From Methanomicrobiaceae archaeon (GTDB lineage: Archaea; Halobacteriota; Methanomicrobia; Methanomicrobiales; Methanomicrobiaceae), in assembly GCA_029762625.1 (NCBI GenBank), contig JARVGI010000003.1, forward strand, positions 81,909 to 145,908: DNA of 64,000 bases, read 5' to 3'. Position 1 is the first letter of the stretch. The number at the start of each line of letters is the position of its first letter. A model generated the notes under the pieces. That model saw nothing but the letters and a program-made list of their open reading frames with translations, had not been told where the DNA came from and did not search any database. This document shows, one piece after another, positions 25,091 to 37,753 of this stretch. The position numbers were made by a program, and so were the translations under genes.

Positions 25091-27285
25091 GCGTGGCCCG
25101 GGAGTCCAGAACCGCCACACAGCAAAAGACACTTGACGGGTTTGTCGTCCCCTCGCTTCCCAAGGTGCGGACTTCGCGGGGCCTCATCCTCGACTGGGAA
25201 CGGGAAAAGATTGTCCGGCAGATCATTGATGAGACGAAACTGGTCGAGTCGTTCTACGAGGATGGCGGTGCGGACGAGGAACTTGCCCGCGATATCGCGC
25301 GCGAGGTGGAGAACAAAATCCAGCGCCTGAACTTAAAATCCCTCAGCGGGCCGCTGATCCGCGAGATTCTCAACATCACCCTCCTCGAGCGGGGGCTCGT
25401 CGAGTACCGCAACGTCTGCACCCGGGTGGGAACCCCTGTCTTCGACGCGCACTTAATCGATGTCGGACGGGGGTTCGAGGCACACGACAACGCCAACCTG
25501 CAGGAGAACGCGGAGACCTCGCACAAGAAAAAGGCCGACAAGATCAGCAAGGAGCAGTACCTCCTCCAGCTGCCCCCTGCCCTCGCCGACTACCACATGG
25601 GCGGCGACCTGCATATCCACGACCTGGAGTACCTCGGTACGCGCCCGTTTTGCCAGGATTGGGATCTCCGCTACTTCTTCTACTACGGGCTAATGCCCGA
25701 TGGCAACGGGACAAAAGCGTCGGTGGCGGGGCCGGCAAAGCGGCCCGAGGTGGCGGTGTTGCACGCGGTCAAGGCGCTGGGCAGCGCCCAGACCAATTTC
25801 GCCGGGGGGCAGGGCTACTACAATTTTCTCACCTTTATTGCCCCCTATTTCGAGGGCATGGCCTATGACGAGATCAAGCAGCATATGCAGATGTTCGTCT
25901 ATGAGATGACGCAGATGATGGTGGCCCGCGGCGGGCAGGTGGTCTTCTCCTCGGTGCAGCTCTCGCCGGGCGTGCCCAAACTCTGGAAGGACAAACCCTG
26001 CGTATACAAGGGCAAGATCTGGAATGGCCGGCAGGCTCCCCTGCGGTGCTACGGCGAATTCGAACGGGAAGTGCGTCTGCTGTTCAAGGCGCTCATGGAC
26101 GTGATGCTGGAGGGCGACCACTGGGGCAAACCTTTCAACTTCCCCAAGCCCGAGATCAGCATCGAGCCGGACTTCATTGCAGAAGACGAGGAATTTAACG
26201 CCGACCACCCCGACCTGCCCACGTTTCGCGACCTCTACCTCATGACCTTCGAGCTCGCCTCCAAGTTCGGCACCCCCTACTACGACAACCAGATCCCCCC
26301 GTACCGGGGCGCCGGCGAGGGCATCTCCTGCTACCAGTGCTGCGCGTACCAGTTCTCCACCGTCGCAGGAGAGGATGATGAATTCGATGAAAAACTGCAG
26401 TTTTCGGAAGGTAAGCACTTCTCCATGGGGTCGTGGCAGGTGATCTCGGTCAACTGCCCCCGGGCGGCCTACCGTGCCGAGGGCGACGATGGCCGCCTCA
26501 TCGCCGAGCTGAAGAAACTCATGGACGTGGCCGTGGAGGTCTTCCAGATCAAGCGCCGCTGGATGAACCACATCCGGGCCAGCGGGCGCATGCCGTTCGC
26601 CATGCAGCGCCCCCTCGACCCCAACACCGGCGACCGGGGTGCGGTGGCGGTGGACCTCGAGGGGCTCGTCTATACCATCGGCGTAGTGGGCGTCAATGAG
26701 ATGGTCCAGCACCATACGGGTGCGCAGCTCCACGAGAGCACGGAGGCGTTCAACATGGCCATCAGGGCGATGACCCACATGGAGGTCTATGCCCGGGATC
26801 TCTCAGAAAAGCACGGGATGACCATCGCCCTCGCACGCACCCCGGCCGAGACCACCGGGCAGCGCTTTTCGGTCGCCGACCTCATCGACCACCGGTTCCG
26901 GGACTATGCTCTCGCCGTCGTCAAAGGCGACGTGGAAACGGCGATGGACCAGATCGGCACGACCTACGACCTTCCCATCTACTACACCAACGGCACCCAC
27001 GTCACGCCCGCCGCGGACGTCTCCCTCACCCGGCGGATGGAGATCGAGCACGTCTTCTTCCCCATTGTGGACGGTGGCAATATCTTTCACATCTGGCTGG
27101 GCGAGGCCCGCCCAGATCCCCGAGGCCTCATGGATATGGCCATGAACCTCTGCAAAAACACCCAGATCGGCTACTTCGCCTTCACCCGCGACCTGACCGT
27201 CTCCTTAAAACAGTTCACCGAATACCGGCCGAAAAAAGAGCACGCCGGCCAGCTCTCCATGGTGGACAAGCGGGTGAAGGTATAG
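25087..27285 (+). CDS. nrdD: Class III (anaerobic) ribonucleotide reductase NrdD-family protein with atypical C-terminus
   Basis: 732 aa. ATP-cone-like N-terminus (ILDWEREKIVRQII...). Core blocks GGDLHIHDLEY, GGQGYYNF, VFSSVQLSPG, FNFPKPEI, GSWQVISVNCPR and GGNIFHIWLGE...IGYFAFTRDLTV. Only TTG 25087 or GTG 25093 are available as starts; the first in-frame ATG is about 160 codons in. Confidence 0.75.
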   Translation: MSVARESRTATQQKTLDGFVVPSLPKVRTSRGLILDWEREKIVRQIIDETKLVESFYEDGGADEELARDIAREVENKIQRLNLKSLSGPLIREILNITLLERGLVEYRNVCTRVGTPVFDAHLIDVGRGFEAHDNANLQENAETSHKKKADKISKEQYLLQLPPALADYHMGGDLHIHDLEYLGTRPFCQDWDLRYFFYYGLMPDGNGTKASVAGPAKRPEVAVLHAVKALGSAQTNFAGGQGYYNFLTFIAPYFEGMAYDEIKQHMQMFVYEMTQMMVARGGQVVFSSVQLSPGVPKLWKDKPCVYKGKIWNGRQAPLRCYGEFEREVRLLFKALMDVMLEGDHWGKPFNFPKPEISIEPDFIAEDEEFNADHPDLPTFRDLYLMTFELASKFGTPYYDNQIPPYRGAGEGISCYQCCAYQFSTVAGEDDEFDEKLQFSEGKHFSMGSWQVISVNCPRAAYRAEGDDGRLIAELKKLMDVAVEVFQIKRRWMNHIRASGRMPFAMQRPLDPNTGDRGAVAVDLEGLVYTIGVVGVNEMVQHHTGAQLHESTEAFNMAIRAMTHMEVYARDLSEKHGMTIALARTPAETTGQRFSVADLIDHRFRDYALAVVKGDVETAMDQIGTTYDLPIYYTNGTHVTPAADVSLTRRMEIEHVFFPIVDGGNIFHIWLGEARPDPRGLMDMAMNLCKNTQIGYFAFTRDLTVSLKQFTEYRPKKEHAGQLSMVDKRVKV

Positions 27286-27296
27286 CCTCACCCCTG

Positions 27297-27302
27297 TTTT
27301 TT
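27297..27302 (+). terminator. Oligo-T (T6) 12 nt after the nrdD-like stop
   Basis: tagcctcacccctgttttttcc. Confidence 0.45.
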
Positions 27303-27373
27303 CCGGCCACCCTGGGGAAACGGTACTCTTTATATACCCTCGTGCCATTACCCTCCCTCCGGAGGACATCCAG

Positions 27374-27715
27374 ATGGCAGATAACGGAGGAAACTTCTGG
27401 CTGGGGGTTGTTGCGGGCTGGATCGTGGCCGCCCTCCTGAACGGGATCTGGCCGCTCATCGGCCCCATCTTCGGGGGCTTCGTGGCAGGGTTCATGGCAC
27501 GCGGGGGCATGTGGAACGGGGCGATCGCAGGGTTGCTTTCCGGCATTCTGGGATCACTGGTCGCCGCGATCATCCTCCTCATCGGGGGGACCTTCCTGCT
27601 CGGCGGCATCGGCTTTCTGGCAGGCCTCGGGGCAGGGCTGGTGCTGATCTTCTTCGCTCTCTGGGGTGGTATTCTCGGAGCGGTGGGTGGTGCCATCGCC
27701 GGGTTCCTGAGATAA
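27374..27715 (+). CDS. Small glycine-rich integral membrane protein (DUF5518-like)
   Basis: 113 aa, about 4 TM segments rich in G/A/L/I (GGFVAGFMARGG..., LLGGIGFLAGLGAGLVLIFFALWGGILGAVGGAIAG). GGAGGA precedes the ATG. A T5 tract at 27725-27729 follows the stop. Confidence 0.55.
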   Translation: MADNGGNFWLGVVAGWIVAALLNGIWPLIGPIFGGFVAGFMARGGMWNGAIAGLLSGILGSLVAAIILLIGGTFLLGGIGFLAGLGAGLVLIFFALWGGILGAVGGAIAGFLR

Positions 27716-27826
27716 TAACCCCGATTTTTCCGCTGATCACCCGATGCCGTGCAGAGAGGCCTTGCTCCCGGTGGCATGATCGAAACTATGCGAAAAAGAG
27801 GAATATGCCGGAGACCGTGTCCGGTC

Positions 27827-28270
27827 TCAGGCGAGCTTCACATCGGTAATATTATACTGGCGCTGGGCGAGCTGCTTTGCCTTGATGATATTCTTGCCCG
27901 CCTTGCCGATGGCGAGTCCCCGGTCCTCTTCCTGAACATCGATGTAGGCCACGCGCCTGTCATTGCCTTCGTCATCCTCGTCCCTGATGTCCACGTCGAG
28001 GACTTTTGCGGGAAGGAAACAGTTTTTCAGGAACTGTGCGGGGTCTGACGAGTACTCGACAACCTCGATGCGCTTTCCAAGGGTTTCTGAGACGCTCTTG
28101 ATGGTGACGCCCTGTTTGCCGATAGCCCTGCCCATGTCCCCGGGGTTGATCACGAATATGAGCCGGCCATTCTGGTCATCCACAATGCAGTCCCTGCTTC
28201 CCGCGCCGGTCAGTTCTTCAAACTGGGCCATCAGCTGGAGGGACTGTTCATTGAGAACTACGCCGCTCAT
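27827..28270 (-). CDS. nusA: Archaeal NusA-like transcription factor (two KH domains)
   Basis: Start MSGVVLNEQ at 28270. KH GxxG motifs GRAIGKQGVTIK and GLAIGKAGKNIIKAK. Conserved position after rpl30e. Confidence 0.85.
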   Translation of the reverse strand: MSGVVLNEQSLQLMAQFEELTGAGSRDCIVDDQNGRLIFVINPGDMGRAIGKQGVTIKSVSETLGKRIEVVEYSSDPAQFLKNCFLPAKVLDVDIRDEDDEGNDRRVAYIDVQEEDRGLAIGKAGKNIIKAKQLAQRQYNITDVKLA

Positions 28271-28271
28271 G

Positions 28272-28562
28272 TCATTCCCTCTTGATATTGAGGATGTCGG
28301 ATTCCCCCGCATCCACAATCGCAAGCGCGCTCACCATGAACGGTTTCCCGCACGCTTTGCCCAGCTGCATGCCCGAACCTTTGTAGGTGTAGCTGAATAC
28401 GTTCTCGTGCTCATGCATGAATTGGTTGAAATTGCCCGGGCAATTCTCTGCTACAACGACCATCTGGGCTTTTCCCTCCTCAACCGCGTCCCGGGTTGAG
28501 TTCTGTCCGAACAGGACATTCCCAGATTTGATTGCCCTTCGAAGAGAAGTTTCGAAATCCAT
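28272..28562 (-). CDS. rpl30e: 50S ribosomal protein L30e
   Basis: 96 aa. MDFETSLRRAIKSGNVLFGQNSTRDAV...VVVAENCP...YKGSGMQLGKACGKPF. Confidence 0.9.
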   Translation of the reverse strand: MDFETSLRRAIKSGNVLFGQNSTRDAVEEGKAQMVVVAENCPGNFNQFMHEHENVFSYTYKGSGMQLGKACGKPFMVSALAIVDAGESDILNIKRE

Positions 28563-28574
28563 TGTTGTATTCTC

Positions 28575-32377
<3,803 letters not shown>

Positions 32378-32392
32378 ACTCTGGCTGCCTCC

Positions 32393-34207
32393 TTATACCT
32401 GATCCTCCAGGTGGAGGCGGGGTGCGATCCCCATGCTCTGCATCTCTTCAAGCAGGAGCTTGAAGGCATAACTCATCTCAACGGAGTAGATATCGGTCTC
32501 GCTGCCGCATGCCAGGCATCGGGTGATATTGCGCTTGCGGTCCAGCATGGCCACGGTTCCGCACCGTGCGCAGACATACTGCTCCACCTTGTCGGATTCG
32601 TCCAGCAGGCGCTCTTTGAGGGCCATGGCCGCCCCGTGGCCGATCATCACGTCTCGCTCCATCTCGCCGAACCGCAGACCTCCCTCGCGGGCGCGCCCCT
32701 CGGTGGGCTGGCGGGTGAGCACCTGCACAGGCCCGCGGGAGCGTGCGTGCATCTTGGAGGAGACCATGTGGTAGAGTTTCTGGTAATAAATGACCCCGAT
32801 GTAGATATCGGCGATGAACTGCTTTCCGGTGATGCCGTCGTACATCACCTCGCGGCCGTTGTGGGCGAACCCGAGCGCTTTGAGCGACTGGCGCAGTTCT
32901 TCCTCCGGTTCGCTGGAGAACGCCGTGGCGTTGATGCGGCGCCCCTCGAGCGCGCCCACCTTGCCGCCGAGCATCTCCAGCATATGGCCGATGGTCATAC
33001 GGCTCGGGATGGCATGGGGGTTGATGACGAGGTCGGGGGCGATGCCCTCCTCGGTGAAGGGCATGCTCTCCTGCGGGGAGATGAGACCCACCACCCCTTT
33101 CTGGCCGTGCCGGGAGGCGAACTTGTCGCCCACCTCGGGAATACGCAGGTCGCGGGTGCGGACCTTGACGAGGCGCGAGCTGTTCTCGCCCTCGGTGATG
33201 ATAACGGTGTCCACGATGCCGTGCTCGTTGCTGCGCATGGTCACGGAGGTATCCCTGCGCTTCTCCACGGTGATCAGTTCGCCGCTCGGTTCCTCCAGGA
33301 ACCGCGGGGGGGAGGTCTTGCCGATGAGCACGTCCTTTTCCCGCACAATGGTCTCGGGGTTGATAACCCCGTCAGAATCCAGGTTCTGGTAGAATTCCGA
33401 TCCGTGCGCCCCTGAAACTTCTTCGTCCGGGATTTCGATCTTGTCGATCTGGCCGCCCGGATACCGGCGCTCCTCTCCGTCATAGGTCCTGAAGAAGTGG
33501 GAACGGCCAAGGCCACGGTCGATGGATGCCCTGTTGAAGATGAGCGCATCTTCAATGTTGAATCCCTCGTAGGAGAGGATGGCGACCACGAAATTCTGGC
33601 CTGCAGCCCGTTCGTCGGAGCCGATGACCTCGGAGGTCTGGGTACGCACAAGGGGTCGCTGGACGGAATGAAGGAGGTGGCCGCGGGTGTCGGGCCGCAG
33701 TTTCATGTTGGCACTGGCAAACCCGAGCGCCTGCTTGACCATTCCCGCTCCCATGGTGACCCTCGGGCTCGCGTTGTGTTCGGGGAAGGGGACGTGTGCC
33801 GCCCCGATGCCCAGGATAAGGGCGGGATCGATCTCCATGTGGGTATGTTCGGGGGTGGCCTCCCCCTCGGTGATGGCGATAAGGAGATCCTCCTCCTCCT
33901 CGGCATCGATGAACTCGACAAGGCCGCGCGTGACCAGTTCTTCAAACGTGATCTCGCCGTTCCTGAGCTCTCCGGTATCTTTTTCCGAAATAAGCGGTTG
34001 TCCTTCATTGAGCACGATGAGAGGCCTTCGTGCACGCCCGCGGTCGGTGTGGATGATGACGTCGCCGTTGTACTCTTTGAAGGAGATGTTGATCTCCCTG
34101 GAGACCTCGCCTTTGCGCCGCATCTGACGAATCCGGCCCACCAGGTCCGTTGGGTTCTCGACAAGACCGATCAGGGCGCCGTCGACGAACACTCGTGACT
34201 TTTTCAT
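32393..34207 (-). CDS. rpoB1: DNA-directed RNA polymerase subunit B' (C-terminal half of split RpoB)
   Basis: 604 aa. [33 protein letters not shown] and a C-terminal Zn ribbon CARCG...CLACG. Confidence 0.97.
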   Translation of the reverse strand: MKKSRVFVDGALIGLVENPTDLVGRIRQMRRKGEVSREINISFKEYNGDVIIHTDRGRARRPLIVLNEGQPLISEKDTGELRNGEITFEELVTRGLVEFIDAEEEEDLLIAITEGEATPEHTHMEIDPALILGIGAAHVPFPEHNASPRVTMGAGMVKQALGFASANMKLRPDTRGHLLHSVQRPLVRTQTSEVIGSDERAAGQNFVVAILSYEGFNIEDALIFNRASIDRGLGRSHFFRTYDGEERRYPGGQIDKIEIPDEEVSGAHGSEFYQNLDSDGVINPETIVREKDVLIGKTSPPRFLEEPSGELITVEKRRDTSVTMRSNEHGIVDTVIITEGENSSRLVKVRTRDLRIPEVGDKFASRHGQKGVVGLISPQESMPFTEEGIAPDLVINPHAIPSRMTIGHMLEMLGGKVGALEGRRINATAFSSEPEEELRQSLKALGFAHNGREVMYDGITGKQFIADIYIGVIYYQKLYHMVSSKMHARSRGPVQVLTRQPTEGRAREGGLRFGEMERDVMIGHGAAMALKERLLDESDKVEQYVCARCGTVAMLDRKRNITRCLACGSETDIYSVEMSYAFKLLLEEMQSMGIAPRLHLEDQV

Positions 34208-35790
34208 ATGACTCCTCGTTTGAGTTCCTCGACACCGAGATTATAGAGGATACGGGGAATTGCAGTTTCATCCTCGACACCCCTGCTGATTTCCACCATC
34301 TGTGCAAAATTCTTCACGAGACCACAATTCGGCCCTTCCGGCGTTTCGCTCGGGCAGATCCGGCCCCACTGCGTGGGGTGCAGGTCTCGCGCCTCGAAGT
34401 GCGGCTGCGAACGGGAAAGCGGCGATATCACACGGCGGAGATGGGAGATCACGGCCATGTGATCGACGCGGTCGAGCAGCTGGGAGACGCCGGTGCGCCC
34501 GCCCACCCAGTTGCCGGTTGCCAGCGGGTGCAGCAGGCGTTCGGTCAGCACATCGGCACGGACGGCGGTGCCCACGGAGAGCTCGCGGTGCCGCATGCTC
34601 GCCCGCTCCAGCTGGTACTTGATATCCCGGGTAAGCCTGTTCAGCGAGATCCTGAAGAGGTCCTCCATCAGGTCGCCCGCCAGTTTCAGCCGCTTGTTGG
34701 CATAGTGGTCCTTGTCATCGATCCTGCGCTTCTCGAGCACGAGATCGAAGCACGCCTCCGCCATACGTCCAAGGAAATGCGCTTTTGCAAGCCGCACGCT
34801 CTCCACTGCCGGCCGGTAGCCGGGGTCCTCCTCCTTGACGTTGGGGGGCATGAGATAGTTGAGGTGCGGCAGGAGGTAGTTGTCCAGCACAAACTCTGCC
34901 CGCTTCTTCTGGTAGTCCCGCGTCTGGTTGGGGGCGAGTTTTTTGCCCACGTACATGATCCCCTCCTCCACGGTGTCGCACTCGCCCTCCTCGAGGTTCT
35001 GCATCATGAAGGTGAGAATGTCCTCGTCGGTGGAGACGGCCTCCACGATATCGTGGTCGCCGACGAGCCCCAGCGCCCGCATGAGATCGACGAACCGCAG
35101 GTGCCCGGCAACGGAGGGGAACGAAACCTCCAGCAGGTTCTTGCGGTTCCGCTCCACGATGACCAGCGCCCGGTAGCCACGGAACTGCGAAAAGACCTTT
35201 GCCACGTAGATACGCTCGTTGTAGCGCTCGGTGAATTCGGTCATGATCTTGTTGGAGGCGAGGTCTTCGAGAGTCATGAGCACGCGCTCGGACCCGTTGA
35301 TGATGAAATAGCCGCCCGGATCGAGCGGGTCTTCGCCGTGCTCGGTGCGCTCCTCGTCGGAAAGCCCGTGGAGATTACAGGCCTGCGAGCCCACCATCAC
35401 CGGCAGCTGGCCGATCGTGGTGATCACCGGCTCGCTTTTAATGGGATTGCCGCTCTCGTCGAGCCCCTGGACCAGGATCATCTCCACCTGGATGGGTGCG
35501 GCGTAGGTGAGATTGCGCAGCCTCGCTTCACTGGGAAAGAGATCGGAGACCGAACCGTCGGCTTCACGGACGACCGGCTTCAAGACTCCGACGTTGCCCA
35601 GTTCAACCCAGACCGGCTGGTTGGTTTTCCCCCTGCTCGCAATATCGGTTTCAATAATGCGCTGTTCATTGACTACTTTTTGAATATTGAACTGGAGAAA
35701 ATGGTTAAAGGAATCCAATTGGTGACGTGCGACATGGTCGCGCGAAAAATATGATCGAGAGACTACATTTCTGTCCAGCAGATTGAACAC
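34204..35790 (-). CDS. rpoB2: DNA-directed RNA polymerase subunit B'' (N-terminal half of split RpoB)
   Basis: 528 aa. Blocks [47 protein letters not shown]. 4-nt overlap with rpoB1. Confidence 0.97.
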   Translation of the reverse strand: MFNLLDRNVVSRSYFSRDHVARHQLDSFNHFLQFNIQKVVNEQRIIETDIASRGKTNQPVWVELGNVGVLKPVVREADGSVSDLFPSEARLRNLTYAAPIQVEMILVQGLDESGNPIKSEPVITTIGQLPVMVGSQACNLHGLSDEERTEHGEDPLDPGGYFIINGSERVLMTLEDLASNKIMTEFTERYNERIYVAKVFSQFRGYRALVIVERNRKNLLEVSFPSVAGHLRFVDLMRALGLVGDHDIVEAVSTDEDILTFMMQNLEEGECDTVEEGIMYVGKKLAPNQTRDYQKKRAEFVLDNYLLPHLNYLMPPNVKEEDPGYRPAVESVRLAKAHFLGRMAEACFDLVLEKRRIDDKDHYANKRLKLAGDLMEDLFRISLNRLTRDIKYQLERASMRHRELSVGTAVRADVLTERLLHPLATGNWVGGRTGVSQLLDRVDHMAVISHLRRVISPLSRSQPHFEARDLHPTQWGRICPSETPEGPNCGLVKNFAQMVEISRGVEDETAIPRILYNLGVEELKRGVI

Positions 35791-35800
35791 CCCTTTTTTG

Positions 35801-36058
35801 TTATTTTTTCGGTCGTCGTACGACCAGACGATACGATTCAGCCCTTCCTGCAGTCTGACTGACGCGAACGATCTTGATCACGTCCCCGATTGTTCCCTCG
35901 ATAGCCTTCACTGCCGGATCATCATGGTAGATTTTTGGTAATTGCTCGTGGGTGATCTGGTAGGTGGAGAATAGATCGGAAACCTCCTCCTCGCTCATAA
36001 TTTTATGGTCTGGCACCATTACATGTTGCAATACGTCAAATGTGGTGCTCATCTCCAT
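35801..36058 (-). CDS. rpoH: DNA-directed RNA polymerase subunit H
   Basis: 85 aa. [15 protein letters not shown]...LPKI...[23 protein letters not shown] is typical RpoH/Rpb5-C. First gene of the rpo operon. Confidence 0.92.
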   Translation of the reverse strand: MEMSTTFDVLQHVMVPDHKIMSEEEVSDLFSTYQITHEQLPKIYHDDPAVKAIEGTIGDVIKIVRVSQTAGRAESYRLVVRRPKK

Positions 36059-36153
36059 CCCCTGCGTGTAAATGGGTTAATTCTCAGATGCATCACCGTT
36101 AAAAACCAAGAGTTGTTATTCAGAGTTCGCCACTCCGCCACTTGCTGTGGCAA

Positions 36154-36227
36154 CGGGCCCGGAGGGATTTGAACCCCCGACCATCTGGTTAAAAGCCAGA
36201 CGCTCTGCCTAACTGAGCTACAGGCCC
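36154..36227 (-). tRNA. tRNA-Lys (anticodon UUU)
   Basis: Manual cloverleaf: acceptor GGGCCTG/CGGGCCC, D arm GCTC-AGTTAGGCA-GAGC, anticodon arm TCTGG-CTTTTAA-CCAGA, T arm GGGGG-TTCAAAT-CCCTC, discriminator G. 74 nt, no encoded CCA. Confidence 0.9.
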
Positions 36228-36531
36228 CGCGGATCGTGCAAAGTAGCATTATTACAATGTGGTATTACTACATAAATTTACTGATGGTATATAAGGGATG
36301 GGGGGGCCGGAAGGCTCCCCCGCGATACCCCCTGCGCATTCAAGGGTAAAATCGTGCGCAATGTTTAAAAATCGCCGGCGGGTGCTGGTGGCTTTATCTG
36401 TGTGCGGAACGCATGTGGTGAGAATTGATCCGGAACATGCCCGGTCGTGTCGCATGGTGCGCCACCAGGCTGAACCTGGGAGGATGCGGATCGGAAGATG
36501 CAGCCGCGCTCCTGTATATCGACAAGAAATG

Positions 36532-36536
36532 AAAAA
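36532..36536 (-). terminator. Oligo-T tract (CTCTTTTTCATTTCTTG on minus strand) about 45 nt after the receiver-protein stop
   Basis: Plus strand gaaatgaaaaagagag at about 36526-36541. Confidence 0.35.
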
Positions 36537-36579
36537 GAGAGTGGATTCCGAGCTGTTGCCGGGAGGCTGTCCTGCTACA

Positions 36580-37200
36580 TTATTTGCCGAATTCCTGCTG
36601 GAGCTGCTCGAGCCGCTCCTCCTGGAATTTGATGCTCATTGCCATGCTCTTGATCGCGTGGGAGATATTTTCTCCCACTTTGACCCTGGAATCGTTGATG
36701 TTGTAGGTTGATTCGAGGATTTTCAGCAAACGTCTGGAGACATCCACGCTCTTGGAGAGACGCTCGTACTCCTCGATGAGGCGTTTTTCTGTACCGCCCT
36801 CTTCAGCCTTCGAGATCTCCTCCTTGATCCTTTCTCTCCGTTTCAGCACGTACTCGATGGCCTCGTAGAGCTGGCGGTGCGTGGTAGGCTTCATGATATA
36901 GTCTTCCAGGTACGCACCATACTCCTGCGCCTCGTCAGGAGTGAGCTGCTTGGCGGTGAGCATCATGACGGGGATATCTTTTATCTCCGGGTTCGTCTTG
37001 ATGCGTTCCAGCGTCTCCCAGCCGTCCATCGGCTCCATCATGATGTCTAGCAGGATGAGATCAGGGGTAACATCCTTCAGCACTTCAAGCGCTTCTTCAC
37101 CAGAATATGCTGCAATTGGCCTGAATCCTCCCCGCTCCAGCATTGCGACGAACACGTCGACAATCATGGGGCTATCGTCAACAACCAAAATCGTATACAT
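36580..37200 (-). CDS. CheY-like response-regulator receiver protein with C-terminal coiled-coil extension
   Basis: MYTILVVDDSP...DLILLDIMMEPMDG...MLTAK...IMKP (DD, phospho-acceptor D, T and K positions). Followed by about 85 aa rich in E/K/R/L heptads. The ATG overlaps the TAA of the upstream Roadblock gene (TAATG). Confidence 0.85.
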   Translation of the reverse strand: MYTILVVDDSPMIVDVFVAMLERGGFRPIAAYSGEEALEVLKDVTPDLILLDIMMEPMDGWETLERIKTNPEIKDIPVMMLTAKQLTPDEAQEYGAYLEDYIMKPTTHRQLYEAIEYVLKRRERIKEEISKAEEGGTEKRLIEEYERLSKSVDVSRRLLKILESTYNINDSRVKVGENISHAIKSMAMSIKFQEERLEQLQQEFGK

Positions 37201-37574
37201 TACAATTCCTCTCCAACTCTCCGTCCGATATTCGCCAGCTGAACTTTGAGCGCATTGACATCCGCAGACCGATCAATGATGGCGGTGATGAGCGCGGTTT
37301 CACCCGCACTGGATATTGAGAGCGTTCCATCTTCTGATTCGCATAGAACCAATGAAGGGTTTTTCATGTGCAGGATGCTTGCCGCGGCATCGGTGGATGC
37401 GGCGACGGTTGCACTCATTGCGGCAAGTACCGAGCCCGGTACATTCTCGCCGAGGGTTGATCCCAGCATACGCCCCTCCCGAGAGATCAGCGCACAGCCG
37501 ACCACACCGTCGAGCGCCATGACAGCATCAATGAGGCCCTGTATTTTCTCTTTCAGCGGACCGTGTTTAGGCAT
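37200..37574 (-). CDS. Roadblock/LC7 (MglB-like) domain protein
   Basis: 124 aa. LIDAVMALDGVVGCALISREGRMLGSTL...AAMSATVAASTDAAASIL...LSISSAGETALITAIIDRSADV follows the Robl/LC7 pattern. Confidence 0.7.
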   Translation of the reverse strand: MPKHGPLKEKIQGLIDAVMALDGVVGCALISREGRMLGSTLGENVPGSVLAAMSATVAASTDAAASILHMKNPSLVLCESEDGTLSISSAGETALITAIIDRSADVNALKVQLANIGRRVGEEL

Positions 37575-37753
37575 CAGTGAATTACCTCAAGATTTCAACA
37601 GTGATCATCTCTAGTTTCCATATGAACATATAAATGTGTAATGTTTTGTGAATTGGCAGACTGTCCGTTTCCCGTGGTGCGAATCCCCCGGACACGTGGG
37701 ATAGGCTGCATATCAACAAAGTTATAACGTAACAGCAATACTTTTTAATAACA

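Noticed and set aside
27811-27828. Perfect 7-bp hairpin GAGACCG-tgtc-CGGTCTC overlapping the nusA stop codon
   Set aside because: No adjacent oligo-T lies on the relevant strand, and it overlaps coding sequence. This is insufficient to call it a terminator or regulatory element.
36460-36512. Possible SRP (7S) RNA helix 8: ...CGGAAGATGCAGCC resembles the conserved CCGGAAGGAAGCAGCC
   Set aside because: Only the GGAA tetraloop and GCAGCC are shared. The 5' side asymmetric loop, the Alu-domain motifs and long-range 5'/3' pairing are not visible. I kept the region as a generic ncRNA candidate instead.
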